The notes beneath the pieces are model-generated. The model searched no databases, was not told where the DNA came from, and saw only the letters and a program-made list of their open reading frames with translations. From NCBI RefSeq assembly GCF_009914755.1, contig NC_060928.1: a DNA stretch of 64,000 bases, one strand, 5' to 3'. This DNA comes from the human T2T-CHM13v2.0 reference genome, Homo sapiens. A program made the translations under genes and the position numbers. Position 1 is the first letter of the stretch; the number at the start of each line of letters is the position of its first letter. Positions 30,337 to 48,931 of the stretch are shown in pieces.

Positions 30337-31735
30337 TCTCCTTTTAATTGCACCTCTCACAGTGTCTACCCAGTGGACTGGGCAATCTCAAAGGCAAGAG
30401 CCAGAATCTATTTTTATTTTTTGCCCAGTATCTGGCAAAATGCCGCTGGCAAAATGCTTACCTACATTCAAAAAATACGTGTGTGTTTGAGCCAAGTTGG
30501 TTATGGAGTAGAGCACAGCCATTTCAATGTAAAAAATAAAGTGAATAAAAGCCACCAATTGCTACTTTAAATAAATCTAGTTTTCATTGGAAATTATTCC
30601 TTTCTGATAACTGTTTGCTTCAAAGAACCTGGATTTTTTGGAAGTAAAATATAGTCCAAGACCATTGCTTCAAATCGCAGGGAAGTATGGCAACCATATA
30701 CTGTGATGAAAAGCAAAGGTTTAATTAGCCTTGTGCTAGTGATGTTTTTCTAAATAGTAAACTAAGCACTTTGAGAACCTTCCCATTCTTAATTATTAGG
30801 GAAATTATGCCTTGTAAAAGTAAAGCCTACCCAGATGATGTTTAATGGGCCAGACAGGCAGGAAATATTTGACATTTGTAGCCTCCTGGTGTCGTGTTTT
30901 TCTTTTATCTTTGTTGGTTTCTTTCCCATTAAATGATTGGAAAATTACTGTGACTTTATTCCCATAGGCTGAAAATTAGCCTGCTAAGCTTCAGCCTTAA
31001 TCAGATTCTGATGACTAAGAATTAATCTATTTTAGCAGAAGCATGTCTAACGGAAATCAGTATAGCTCTTCTCTGCCACAGCAGAGCAGTGGCTGCTGTC
31101 TCCAGTGATTGATATGCAGTAGCCAAATGTAGAAATCATTCAGGTCTAAATCCCTTTGTTCTCTGGTCAATATTGATTAAATTTTGTTTTTCCAGAGTAC
31201 ATCTGTTCACATGCACAGCTTTCACAAGGTTACAAAAAACCTTCATTTTGAAGGCTAAAACAGAAGTGTTTTAAGAGAGTATTTAAATCTCTCTGGCATA
31301 ACTGCATGTGGCTGTGATTTCCCACCCCTGACGTGATTCAGGGTTATTCCAACTATTTCAAGAGATGGCAGAAAGTTGTTACAATGTTCGAATTCAAAGT
31401 TAAAAAATATAAACAAATTAGTTTATATTTTAGTATGTCACAAGAGAAGGTTGCAAGGATAAAACAGTGTGATATAGAATTGGAACTCCAAAGAAACTAT
31501 TCATAGAGAATTTATTCAAAATGAACTCAGCATTTATTTATTGACCACTTACTATTGCCAAGTATTATGGCATATGCTTAATAAAAATTGGTGAATAAAA
31601 TAGCTGTTGTGCCTGCCTTCATGGAGTTTTCAGTCTGGAGGGAAAGATGTCTTAAAAGACATTCATGTTAGATTTGGAATTGCTTACTGGGTTTAGTGGT
31701 GCTTCCCCTGCTTCAGTAAGAGACTAACTTAAATA

Positions 31736-32906
31736 CAGTCATGCCCACATAATGGTGTTTCAGTGACCATAGACCTGTATATGGTGGTGGTCCCATAGAA
31801 TTATAATGGAGCTGAAAAATTCCTATTTCCTAGTGATATTGTAGCTGTAGTAAAGTCATAGCACGGCACATTACTTATGTGTTGTGGTGATGCTGGTGTA
31901 CTGTGCTGCCAGCCGTATAAAAGTAGAGAACGCATAATTATGTACAGTACATATTTGATATAGTAATAAATGGCTATGTTATTGGTTTATGTATTTACTA
32001 TACTATACTTTTTGTCATTATTTTAGAGTGTATTCATTTTTTTAAAAAAAAGTTAACTGTAAACAGTCTTAGGCAGGTCCTTCAGGAGGTATTCCAGAAG
32101 AAGGCATTTTCACAGATGACAGCTCCATGTATGTAATTGCCCCTGAAGATCTTCTAGTGGGACAAGATGTGGAGGTGGAAGACAGTGACAGTGATGATCC
32201 TACCCTGTGTATGTCAAAGCTGATGTGTGCCTTTGTGTTATTGTTTTTAACAAAAAAAGTTTAAAAAGTAAAAGAATTTAAAAATAGAAAAAAGCTTATA
32301 GAATAGGGAAATAAAAACCGAAAATATTTTTGTACGGCTGTGTTTTTGTTTTAAGCTAAATATTAATACAAGAGTTAAAAAGTTAAAAAAGTAAAAGTTT
32401 ATAAGGTAAAAAAAGTTACAGTAATCTAAGATTAATTTATTATTAAGGAAAGAAAATTTTACAAATAAATTTAGTGTAGCCCAAATGTATTGTGTTTATA
32501 AAGTCCAAGGTAGTGTCCAGTTATGTCCTGGGCCTTCACATTCACTCACCACTCAGTCACTGACTCACCCAGAGCAACTTCCAGTCCTGCAAACTCCATT
32601 CATGGTAAATGTTCTGTATAAGTGTACCATTTTTTTCTTTTATATTATATTTTTACTGTGCCTTTTTATGTTTAGATGTGTTTAAATATACAAATACTTA
32701 CCATTGTGTTAGAATTAACGATAGTATTCAGTACAGTACATGCAGTACAGATTTTTAGCCTCGGAGCAGTCTAGTCATACAGGCTAGATTGTAGTAGGCT
32801 TTATTGTCTAGCTTTGTGTAAGTACAATCTATGATGTTTACATAACAATGAAATCTCCTAATGCATTTCTCAGAACCTATACCTGTCGTTAAGTGACACA
32901 TGTCTG
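31736..32906 (-). mobile_element. Tigger3/MER7-like non-autonomous TcMar DNA transposon (~1.17 kb)
   Basis: TA|CAGTCATG... left end and ...gcatttctcagaac...gtcgttaagtgacacatgtctg right end form degenerate terminal inverted repeats. Confidence 0.8.
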
Positions 32907-33373
32907 TGTAAGTCAAGGGTAAACAGACATTGTAGAGTTGGTCAAAGTAGAAATTGATCTAGATGGTAGGATTTGAGGATTCTGCTGCTTTAAAATATCT
33001 TTTCAATCTAGGTTTGTCATTGTCTAATTTCCCAGGGTTAGTAATCTTTATAAATACAAATACTCCAGAGAGCTTTATAAACTGCTTCTTTCAATAACTT
33101 CTCCCTCTAGTCACCTGCCTCACCTGCATGCATCTTTTGCTCAGCCAAACTAGCCTCATAATTCCAGTCTGTGCTCTGGAGTCATTTTTTTCTGTCTCTA
33201 AATCCTTCCCTTTTATCCTACCTTTTAATCAAGGTCCATATCAAATACTACCTCCTCTGTAAAGCTTGCCCTGGTATCATTCTTGATATCACTCTTATTG
33301 TTTGTATCATTTATTTGATAACTGATGTTTTGCCTATATCATGGCAAGTAAGCAATTAATATTAATTGCTGTG

Positions 33374-33400
33374 GTGTGTGTGTGTGTGTCTGTGTGTGTG
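33374..33400. repeat. (TG)n microsatellite, interrupted
   Basis: gtgtgtgtgtgtgtgtctgtgtgtgtg. Confidence 0.9.
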
Positions 33401-33414
33401 GAAAACCCTAATAT

Positions 33415-37050
<3,636 letters not shown>

Positions 37051-37687
37051 GCTCAGGAAATTTCCTCATGTTTTTAAACTATAGCAATCAAGTTCTAGAT
37101 GTTATTTATAGTCTACAGTGAATTTTGGTCTGTGTTACATTAATAGAAGTCCACGATTATTTGTAATGGAAACTGCCTCAGAATGTGTTTCTTTTAATGT
37201 TTTAGAAATAATGTATTTGTTTGGGGGTCTGTAATACTTTCATGCTCAGTGAAAATAATATGGTAAATTAACCACTCTTTAATTTTACAAATATTATGCC
37301 AACATGATCTGAGATACCACATCAAACCACAGAGAAAGGCCTGCAAAGGCATGATTCACATATAGAATATCTAAACTGAGAGAAAATTCCCTTTCCACAC
37401 TGTTGACCCACTTCTCTTCATATCTGTAGAAAACATGGAGAAACATTATCGCAATCCCAGGAGAAGAAGAGTCCTGCTTATCTCCCTGTCTCACATCTGC
37501 TTGTGATCTCTTAGTTGAGTGCATTTTTTCCATCTTTATAACTTACATGTAGAACAAATTAAGGCAAAATTAGAGAAGTATCCAAATCCATTAATTTTAC
37601 TAATTGGAACTATTAACATTGTAGGTTGCTAATGTTTTTCTCCTTCTGACTATAGAATCCAGGTTATTCAGGAATAAAGATTGTGGA

Positions 37688-37711
37688 TGTGTGTGTGTGT
37701 GTGTGTGTGTG
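37688..37711. repeat. (TG)n microsatellite
   Basis: About 12 TG units. Confidence 0.9.
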
Positions 37712-40700
37712 CGCACACATGTGCATTCAGGAAGTAGACAGCTTATTAAGAAAGAAAAAATCAAGATGATCAGCAAGGCACTATTCCTATTTTTAGAGTT
37801 AGGAAAGTTCTGTGATTAGATAGAGGCTTTAAACCTTAACTCAGAAGTTAGAACTTCACAGTCCCCTTCTACTTCTTCCCACAAGAGTGGCTGAGAGAAG
37901 TCTGCATCCCTTCTTGAACAACTTTCAAGGAGCCCAGGGATGTCTTGCACATGGTAGACACTTGATAAATATTTGCTAAATAAGTGAATTGTTAAATGTA
38001 TATATAGCCAGTTCACTCTTCCCATGTCTCTTCTTACTCATAGGAGGTTTTAAGAATGGGCTGTGTTTCAGAATTATACAGTCAGACTAATTACACATAT
38101 TTATGATTGGATGCTAAGATTAATTATTATAAATTCCAATCTTACTGCTTCCTAGAATAGCTTGTCATAAGATCAGAGTGATCATCAGAGTGATCATCAT
38201 GAAGCTGTGATTCAATCCAAACAGCGTGGAGTCAGAGTCTGGCCCTTATTCAATAATCCATGTGAGATATCTACAAAAAACAGGGTAAGGAACCTGAGAT
38301 TGGCAAGGGGAGGTGTATTGTTTTAGTAACATGGTCAGAGAAGGCTTCTTTGTTGGGGAGCATATGAGCAGAGACTCAGATGAAGTGTGACCTCTGCTGC
38401 CTTCTCACACAGAATGCACTATAAGGTCATTAACCTATTATCAGTTTCCATTTTATCTGTTATCTTTCAATTAGATGGCTCTCCTATCTCCCTCAAGATC
38501 CTATTCTGGCAAAAAAACATAGCTTCAGGCATGGGTACCTGTGCTGTAACCTACTTTCATGTTCTCTCTTCTTATTTATATGAGTCCGTTGCTCCCTCCC
38601 TCATTCATGGAGGTAGTCATGCTGACCTGTAGACTAGTCTCACAGCACCCTCAACAGGGATATTAGGAAATAGATAAATGAATTTAAAGTATGATCCCAA
38701 CAGACTCACATGAGTGTCATGATAACAAGAAAATGTACAAAATGTTTTCTTGATCAGGGCCACAGATAGATGACATAGGAAGAAGGCAAAGTCACAATTC
38801 AATGACTTCATGTTTCTGTCCAAGGGCACGTTGGACCATGCCGATCCCATATATCTTGTGTGGAATGGTGTCCACACTATAGGACTCTGACCACCCATCC
38901 AGAGTTAGAGGCAAGAAAAATGCGACAGAAACAAACTGGGTATCTCAAACAGGCAACAATTTCCCAAGAAAAAAAAATATTTAAAAACTAAGATGATCAG
39001 ATTTTAAACTAGTTTGGGTCTAAAGCGGAAGGGAATGTCTGCGTAGAGCTCTATAGAGGCATGTCATTTCTTTTCTGAAGTGGGCAATTTTAAGATTAGT
39101 TAGGGCAAGACAAGTAAACTAGTATATTTCAATAGTTCCTACCAATAAATATTTGTTTAGCTCCTGCTGTGTTAGGAGACCTTTTATTAGTGAGGGGCTC
39201 GCAATCTAGTGGGAGAAGATAAATTTGACTGCAAAAATGCAGGAAGAGCTATTACCTTATCTCTCTTCTAGCTTAGGAGTCTGGGAAAGCTTCCCAGCTT
39301 TGCTTATTATTCCAAAAAGCAAGCACAAGTTCCAGGTTTCTTAGCCCACAAGTCTGCTAGTATACATGACATCTAAATGTAGATCTTGAAATTTTCATGG
39401 TCTATTTCTAAGCCTGTTGCCATTATTAGAGGCTCCCTCTTTGCCCACCTCCTCAAACACTTTCCCAACAACAACCTCCTCCCCCAACTGAAGCCAAACT
39501 ACCATACCCTCTCTTTGATTGTAAAATTTCTAGTGAGAAATGAGATTTACTGTTAGTTAAGCTTCTTCCCAACCTATGTTCAGGGACTCTACTGATCAAT
39601 TACCTTTGTTCTGCTAGAGAATTTTCTTTAAGTTTCCTCTGTAATTTCCAGAACTAGAGGTGCTTAAAAGTGACCAAGTTGTTGGCTCTCTTTGTATCTC
39701 CAAACTTAAAGGAGAGTGCTGTATTTGCTTTTCAAAGCAAGTTGAGAATTGACATCTTTGTGATGTTGATTCTGCTAAGAGGAAGATGGTATACCTTTCC
39801 AAGTATTCATCCCAGCCCATTGTTTCTGACTTGTAGGGTTTCCTTCCAAGCATCAATGATTATGTGTGGCAAGACAATAAGGACATCTACATGATTTATT
39901 ACTCATATTTTCCACCATTGAAGTCAGCTTGGGAAGCAACAACTTGGCAGGACTCAGAAGGTCTGTTTCCCTCCCTTTGATGCAGAGGTTTTAGGTAACT
40001 CTTATACTTGTCATATCCTTTATCTTTATGATATCATTCTTGTTCTCCATGGCAAACCACCCCCTAAATCCGGCTTAGATCTCACTTACCTCAAAGTGGA
40101 AGGAATAGATATTTCTGACTCTGTCTCTAATAAATGTTTATTTCATTTGCATGTGGTTTTCTCACTATGGGGCTGTTACAATAAGGAGTTGGTACTAGGG
40201 CTGGGGTGACTATGGGTTGAGATTGTTTAGTGTGACTTTGACAGATCCTTAACTCAGCTTGGTCTGTTCTTAACTATTGTGATTAAAGTATATGAATGAT
40301 TCTAGATCCTGCCTGCCTTGTTTTATCTATTTTCCCTAAGTTCTGACTGGTTGGCACACTGCCACCTGGATTTGTTTATTCAACTCTTTCTATTTATACT
40401 GTCTGGTGTTAAATTACAACTTCTATCATATAGATGTCTCCCCTGACATCTTCCCACAAATTGCTGGCCATCTGTGATTAACTGTAGTGCATACTCTCTA
40501 TTGTTACACCCAAATGTAATTGAATTAACAATCTGAGCAAATGCCATATTTTAATATAGCCAAACACAATTATATTAATAATTTAAGGCTAGTCCCTTGA
40601 AATTTTTAAATAACTAAACTTATAACACATTTGAATAATTTGACTCTGTTAACAGGTGCATAGTGTAGTAGAAAAAGCCCTGCTCAAGGAGTCAGTCAGG

Positions 40701-42761
40701 CTTGCATTTGACTTTCATCTCTGGCAGTTATTATCTGTTGCTTTGGAAATTTAGACATATTTCTTAAATTTTTTGAGCCTTGGTAATATCTTCTGTAATG
40801 GAGAAGAATAACAGAGACTTTATGCATTGGAATTGAATGGGAAACATATGTGAGAGCACCTTAGTGCCTGACATTGCAGCTAGTACATATAGGCAGTTGG
40901 GTGTATGGATATTGGTGTCACCCTAGGCTTTGAATCCTGGAAATGCTATCCAATTGTTATGTGACCTTGATAAAGCTATTTATCTTCTTTATTTCTCAAT
41001 GCCCTCCTATATTAAATGGGGATAAGTTTTCCTGTCTTAAAGGGCTGTTCTATGGATTAAGTAATATGATGAAAGTAAAGTGCTTAGCACAATACCTAGC
41101 AAGTTAGTAAATGTTCAATACCTGTTTGCTCTGTTAATATAAGCTATTTCATAACTATTAATAGTTGTGCAAGAAGTGAAATTACATATAAATTTGACAA
41201 AGGGAAGCTTCTCTCTGTAAAATAAAAGTCCTTTGAAACAAAAACAGTAGACACTGTGCATTATATGACTATTAAAAAAATAGGCTCAATTAAACAGCCT
41301 AATCCATGATCACAAGCCATTGTATGAAGAACTATCAACAAATCTTAGAAAAATCAGCACTGAAAGAGAATCTTTGGAGTTTGTTTACTTTCAGTCTTGC
41401 ATTAAGATGAAACTGGGACTTGTATATAGATGATGTTCAAATAATATTTGTAAAAGAAATTCTTTTGTATAGCATGTGGATATTTGAAAGAGTTTTAAAG
41501 GAATTTTTCAAAATATATCCTTATTCACCATGGGTTGCATGTATCAGGACATGATGCTTTTCTTGGCAAAAAAAAAAAAAAAAATCCAAAAATGTTATCA
41601 TTCCATAAATGACCCATGGAAAGACTAATAATGACTATTTTCAAGTGAGATACCATGGTATACAGGTAATGTTTTTACAAAATTATCTGAATATATATAA
41701 CTTTTTTCCTTTTTGAGAGCATATTATTTTCTGGGAACATTATTTTTCTGTGTTTGAACACTAATGAGGTGAATAGATGCTATGTAAAAAACAATCTCAA
41801 AACTCTGCTTTGTGTAGTCTGAAAACAGGAAAAACCTTTAAAAGACCTCATTATCTCAGCATTCTGTTCATGAAAAACCACTGTAAACATTGATAAATCT
41901 CCTAGTTTTAGAAATATTACTTGTTAGTTGCACTTATAGAGAACAAATGGGTCTTGTAGTAGCATACTGATATCTCTATTCAACACCCTTTTGTCTTCCT
42001 GACTCTAGCCCTAGGGAGAAATGCTCCTATCCAGTAGCTTCTGGTAAGTATTGAACAACCTACTCTCAGGAAAATAAAACATCCCTGGTCTGTAGCATAT
42101 GCTTTTTTTCTGTTGTGTAAATATTTCCACCATCTGGAGTTGGACAAAAGATACAGTCAACTCCAGCAAGCTGGAACTGGCCCATCACTACTCATATTCC
42201 CTAGCAAACATGTGACTCTTGTGGGGTTGACATTTGCAGTACTTGAGACAGAATGCCAGACACAGGAAAGAGACACGAACAATCCTGTGCCCAATCCCTT
42301 TGCCTCAGGTATTGGTCCAAAAGTGGACATGTGACCCAGTTTGGATTAAAGGCTTTATAACAAATTTAATATTTGAAAGCTGAAAGAATTTCCTTCTTTG
42401 TGCTTGAATAATGAGCCGTGATATCACAACTTCAGAGCTTGTTGGGCCTTTTTATCCATGCATGGTGTAGAAGAGAAGGAGGCCCTGCAGACAGTGGAAG
42501 ACATGAGAGATGGTTGGAGAGAGAGAAAGGGAAGGGCGAGGGGAGAGAGCAAGCAAGTGAGCACATTTTAAATATCTTTTACAGCTACATGAGCCAAAAT
42601 TTCCATTAGTTGCTTAAGTTAACTTGAATTCAGTTTCTCTGACTTGCACTTAGTACATATATGCCATAGTCAAACAAGAGATTAATATTAGAATGATGAC
42701 TTAGAAGAATCATGATTTATATTTGAAGATTTTTATAGCAATTACCATGAATTTTATTTAA

Positions 42762-43048
<287 letters not shown>

Positions 43049-43351
43049 AAAAGTTTTTTTTTTAATGTGTATGGATTGACTAAGATCACATGCTTTGTAT
43101 GACTTTTGAAGCCCCATTGTCCTATTGTCCCTTAAAAGTTGGTGATTTAGTGGGCCAAATGGCTCTCTCTCTCTGTCTTTATCTCTCTCTATATATAAAT
43201 AGATTTTTCATCAAAATAAAGACATGCATGTATAAAATCTTTACAAAACATAATCTCAGGTGCCCCAATCTGAGTTTGAGACATACTGATCTAGAGCAAT
43301 GATGGATAGCGATAATAACTACATTTTATTTCAAAAGGCAAAGACGAAAAC

Positions 43352-43518
43352 AGCCCTTCCACCTTCCACCATGAGATGATAAAGCACTAAGCCCTCACCA
43401 GATGGGGGCCGCTGGATCCTGGACTCCTCAGCCTCCAGAATAATAATAAATAAGTCTCTGTGTTTTATAAATTACCCAGTCTCAGGTATTCTGTTATAGT
43501 AGCCCAAAATAGATTTAC
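43352..43518 (+). mobile_element. MST-family MaLR LTR 3' fragment
   Basis: gccctcaccagatg...cagcctccagaa...ataaattacccagtctcaggtattctgttatag. Confidence 0.7.
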
Positions 43519-44542
43519 TGCCAGAATCAGTTAGATTTGCTACACAATTAGTTAGATTTATCATTCTAAAAATTTTCATGAATGCCTCATGTACATTTTT
43601 GTTTATGAAAGAAGCTGCCACAAGGATCTAGTTATTGAGCTGCTGTCACCTCATGGTTCAGAGCATTGGCTGGGTTTACATCTGCATTTTGGCTCAGCTT
43701 TTCCTGACTGTGTGATCTTGGGAAAGTATTTAACTTTATAAAAATTAATTGTTGCATGTCAAATGACAATATTTGCATTTTAGAGTGTTCCTATTTTTTT
43801 GCGTCTGCCCTACAAGCCATGACAGCAATTTTTCCTGGAATCTTCCTTCCTCTAACCTGTCATCCACATGGCTACCCTGGAAATTGCCAAGGTGGTAAAA
43901 AAAAAAAAAAAAAAAAAAGAGTGAGTTTTCCACTCTCCAGTCTACCCATTTACCTGTACTGGGGCTTTCCCTTTCCTACCACTGCTGTCTGTGGAGGGTC
44001 AAATGTCCTATGCTCTATTTGGGGGCACTTATGAGTGTCCTGCCTAATGATAATGACAGTTCCCATGGAGGTTCTGCAAAGTCTTGAGGCATAGACAGAT
44101 ACTAATATGCTGGACAGTTCACTATCATCAGTGGAGGCCACTGATGGTGGCAGCTGTTATCCGCCCAACGATGACGACAGCCACTGAATGGTTTATTCTG
44201 CCAAAGTAAGGACGGTTTATTATCCTAGCTTCCACTCTGCTCCCTAGTGCTGGCCACTTAGTGATGATTGGCCATATTTTCATGGTAACTCTTCCCTTTT
44301 GTCCCTAACTCCCCTGTGATGCTTTAGGTCTGAGGATTCCGCCCTCTTCTGAGGTTTTGGCCCCTTCATTTCCTTTCTTCTCTCTCAGTGCAGATAACCT
44401 TCAACAATTTTCCTTCCAGGTATAGAAGTTGAGGTTATTGCCTTCCCTTTTTCAATTTTAAATTTTGTTATGTGATCTCTTTGTCCCACTCCCTTCAGGG
44501 ATTTTCTTTTGAGTCTCAAGAGACTGGTTAGAAAACATTAGA

Positions 44543-44615
44543 AACAACAACAACAACAACAACAAACCCAACCAACCAACCAACCAAATAACCAACAACT
44601 AAACCAAACCAACAA
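44543..44615. repeat. Compound (AAC)n/(AACC)n microsatellite
   Basis: aacaacaacaacaacaacaacaaacccaaccaaccaaccaacc... Confidence 0.85.
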
Positions 44616-47600
44616 TGTAAATGTATTTTTTCTTTTCACTTCTCTTATAGAAAAATGGTAATGCTTCTGTGTTCCTCTGACTTACTGGAGAAAAGGTAAG
44701 AGCGTATGAAAGAAAGTAAAATCAGAAAGACTGGCACTTCAAGATCTTATTTCCTTGATGTAACAGAATCCACCCATGAACACTGTTGGTCTGATGCTGG
44801 ATGTCTGAGTTAACTTTGGCCAATTGTGGTTTTTTTCCAGGAATATTAGAATTGCAACTCAGAAAGCATAGCCTTTTGATAGGTGTTAAAAATTTAAGAT
44901 GTAAAACTTGAGAGTTATTAATGGTCTTGTTTCCTGTCATATACACAGAGAACTGGAGGAAATTCACCTACAGACAAAAAAAGAAAAATAAGGGAGACTT
45001 GAAAAGAAGAAGAGAGGCGACAGACACAGTAAGGAACTTGACAGCATTTCCTCTAGAACCCGATGCTAGTGGTTTCTGGATTTCAACTACATTCTTATTA
45101 CTGGGTTTTGTGAGTTGCATTTCTGTCACTTGTGACCCAGTGTCTTACAACAAATATACCCACTTCACAGGGTTTCTACAAAGTTTAGGGACAATAAGAT
45201 CTTTCAGTCTCTTAGTATAATGTCTGGCACTTAATAAGCATACAGAATGTTGCTGTTATTATCACAGTTTGCTTTATGATATCTGACTTATAGTTACTAA
45301 GATTTCCTATCACTATTCATGTTTTTCCAAGATAAAATGATTTCCTCATTTACCATCTGTTTTGTCCACGTTACAGTTAAGGAATCATGCCTGTTCTTTA
45401 TCACCACTACATGCTCTTAGGCACCATTACTTACTTAGTGCAGTGTCTCACACATAGTAGGCATTATGATGATTTGTTCAATGAATGCATTTGGGATATA
45501 ATGGTGTAATAATTGTTTAATTTCAGTGACTTAAGAATAAACAAACAAAAATATCACTCCTGTTGCCATATATATTGAAGTTAAAACTGAAAAGTAGTGA
45601 AAAAATTTGATTTTTTCTTGAAAATGTTTGATAAAACTTCTATTGAATAAAGGGTTCTTTGGTTTTGTATTAATTCTGAAAACTGAGCTACTCTTGCAGG
45701 TTTGAAATTTCTTTAATAAAATGCCACATATAAGGCGATCACATTCTAAACTTACATTAACTAATGGAGAAAGAGCAGCTGTACTTGGGATTAGTGTGTT
45801 TGGGGCGAAGGTGCAGAATATCATCATTTTACAAAATTTGCTACATGCCTTTTACTGTGCATTCTGTCTTTTTTTTTAATATAGAGATTTTAAAAGATAG
45901 TTCAAAATGCCTGCTTTGTTGTATGATTTATGATAGGGAAATGAGCATTTTTCTAGGAAAGCATGTTAATATTAACTTTTACTATTTGAGGGAAACGTTG
46001 ACTTAACAAAGGTGCTTTCCTAATGACTTACCTGACTTGACATTCTTTTGTGATTTAGTACTGTGAAAGTTACACATTATTAATCGATAAGTTTTGTAGC
46101 TTTCTCTGCGACTCCAGTGTGGACACAAAATATCTCTGAAGTGACTTCAAACTTGGCCTTTTTCACTTCCTTTAACACAATTCCATTCAACTATTACTCT
46201 TTTCACTAAAGTTTTGTTTGTCTCTCTATTGGAAAAAAGAATATCAGGCTGTTTCCTAATAAAAGTCTTAAATAATAAATTGTACAACTGTAAGGAAAAA
46301 ATCATGTTTGACCTTATCTGAAAACAGATGGAGAAGATCCATAGTTTAAATCATGGAATGGAAGAAAAAGAACTGGCTTTGAAGAAATCAAAGTTTGTTT
46401 TGTGCTGTTTTTGCTTGTCATGGATGCTTTAAGAAGCTACTGAAAGTTAAGAGTCCTCTCCCTAGAGGAAACTATAAATCAATACACACAAATTCTTTAT
46501 GACATTTCAGAGAGTTCACAACATGCTGAAAATCTTCTATGAATTCTGTTAAGAACACTTACTCTCAAGAAAAATGTGCAAATAGTAAAGATTATTTAAT
46601 ACTTAACTAAGTTGCTTTCCATGAAAATCTGTTTAAATGGCCTTTGTTGTTTTACTTCTGAACTAACTTAATATCAGTTTGCTGAAATACTGAGATACTG
46701 AGGGCACTTTCTGGTTTAAGTGTTTAGAAGATATGTTTGCTGCGAAATGCATGTGCATTCATATTACAAATCCTGCAACTGAGGGAAGCGTCTGCTCTGT
46801 CTGAAATAGTTATCGCTATAATAGAACATGTTTCATAATTTGGGGTGGGGAGAATTGAATTACAAAGAGTTGGCTATATAGGATTAGATGAAAAATTCAG
46901 TTTAAGTTCATTAATCATAAGTAAATACACTGAAATGCTCTAAGCATTGTCCTCTAACATCATAAAATTGAGATGACTTACTCTTTATGTAAAATAGTAA
47001 GTTAAGAACAAAAAAAATGGTCTGGGGAAATGTATTACAATTTCTGTCTTAAACATCTCAAAAGTCAAAAGTCTTCTGCTGGTGGCAATTTGTTCATACA
47101 TAGTTTGCCAGAGTGTTTAATCCACAGGATCATCTCAGCCCATCTAACACTATTTGTTTTTAAAAATATGAGTGGATACCATAATAGATAATGGCTTTTT
47201 GATGCTTTCCTTCACTAGAGTAAGGTTAGAGCAAAAATGTATTTTTTATATATTTCCATAAGATGCCTCTAGCATGGATACTGGTAATAACTAGTACTCT
47301 CTGGTGTTACAATGTATCATTTCTGCTGAAGTCACTTCCCTATCTCTATGTATTATCATAGAATTTCAAAGTACTCTGTTCCTGTGGACTTTACAGAGGT
47401 AGAAACAGTTTTTTTTTTTTAAATTAAAACAGTTTTAGGCAATATACTGAAACTTGCCTGAAGGATTCCTTTGAAATATTATTTCTTATTTTCTTAGAAG
47501 GTAGATATTGTGATTTTCTGGAGAATTTAAGACTGGCATCCTGAAAAATGTGACCAATGAGTGCTATGTTGATGTCAAGCCACAGTAACTCACATGCTTG

Positions 47601-48931
47601 TGAATGTTTGTATGTCCATCCCGGCCTCCCATGGGTTTTGGATAAAATTTCTGCATATGATGTTAATGGTGACTGGCTCTTCAGTATATTTCAATGGTCA
47701 CTCTATGCTGAAATTTAACTGTGGGTTACAGGAAAATAATTAAAATATTTTTTCGCAGTACAGTTTCTCTTATCACTCTTACGGACAACTGGGGCTCAGT
47801 CTTACTGGAACCCTCTGAAAAGCCATGTGAATTGCCACTCAGAATTGTCTCTTGGAAAGACCAAGGAGGAGAAGAATTGAAGAATTACCTACTGACTTCT
47901 ATTCCCCATTAATGAAGGCTTGTCCCATGGCTGTTAATCTTTTGAGGTCCAGATTATATATGCATGTGTGAACCATGCCAAGATGTCAGGAATGTACCAG
48001 GGAATATGGCACAGCTGAAGTAAGGAGTTACCAGTTTATACCTCTGTAAAGTCCATTGCAACATCAACTACTAAAGTAAAAAGTAGGCAGAGAGGATATA
48101 AAGTAGGCACAAGAAATATTCAATCCCATGGCAAACATCGCCTCCCACCTACCCAATCCCACCATTATTATTATTGTTATTAAGATAACCAATATCTTAA
48201 TATATAGAAATGGCTTATTGAGAACTTTTCACAAATGTTTATAATGTTCTATGCAGAAACAATGTACTATCACATTTATTCCTAACTTCTGGAACTGAGC
48301 ACATAATTTTATTATTTTAAGTATGTTAGGGGCTTGTATATGACCTATATAATCAGAAATGTTATTTTAACTATAAAATCTGTTCATACATTCATGTTAG
48401 CAAACATTTATTGAGTTCTCACCTAGTACTAGAACTATGTAAAGTGCATAGAAACACTTTAGAGTTTAAAAACAGTCTTAGAAACAAGAAAATGATCTGG
48501 TCTTTCTCCTGAGGAGCTCAGATAAAACCTATGAGATTTATTGATTGTGAGCAATAGAAATCTGCTGTAACTTAAGGAAAATGTAATTTATGGGAAAAAC
48601 ATAAGAGAATCATAGGCTTGAGAACTAGTATAGAAAGAGGCAGCAATCAAGGAATCTCCAGACAGTAGAAAGGGAAACATGGCCTAGTCTCATAGCAAGA
48701 GCTATCAGGTCAGCAACTGCCAGTGTGATGGATGATTGATCTCCAACTGTTTCTTTTCTCCTTTTATAACTCAGTCAAGATTCAAAGTCCCAGAAGACAG
48801 CGCACGACTTCCCAAGCTTGGGTTTGTTCCTGACTGGCCACAGGGGAGAGGAGGCTAGCTTACTTTGATTTTTTTTTATAGAAGATCCTCTCTCCCACCC
48901 AAGACTATCCACAGCAAAGAAGAAGCAGTTG

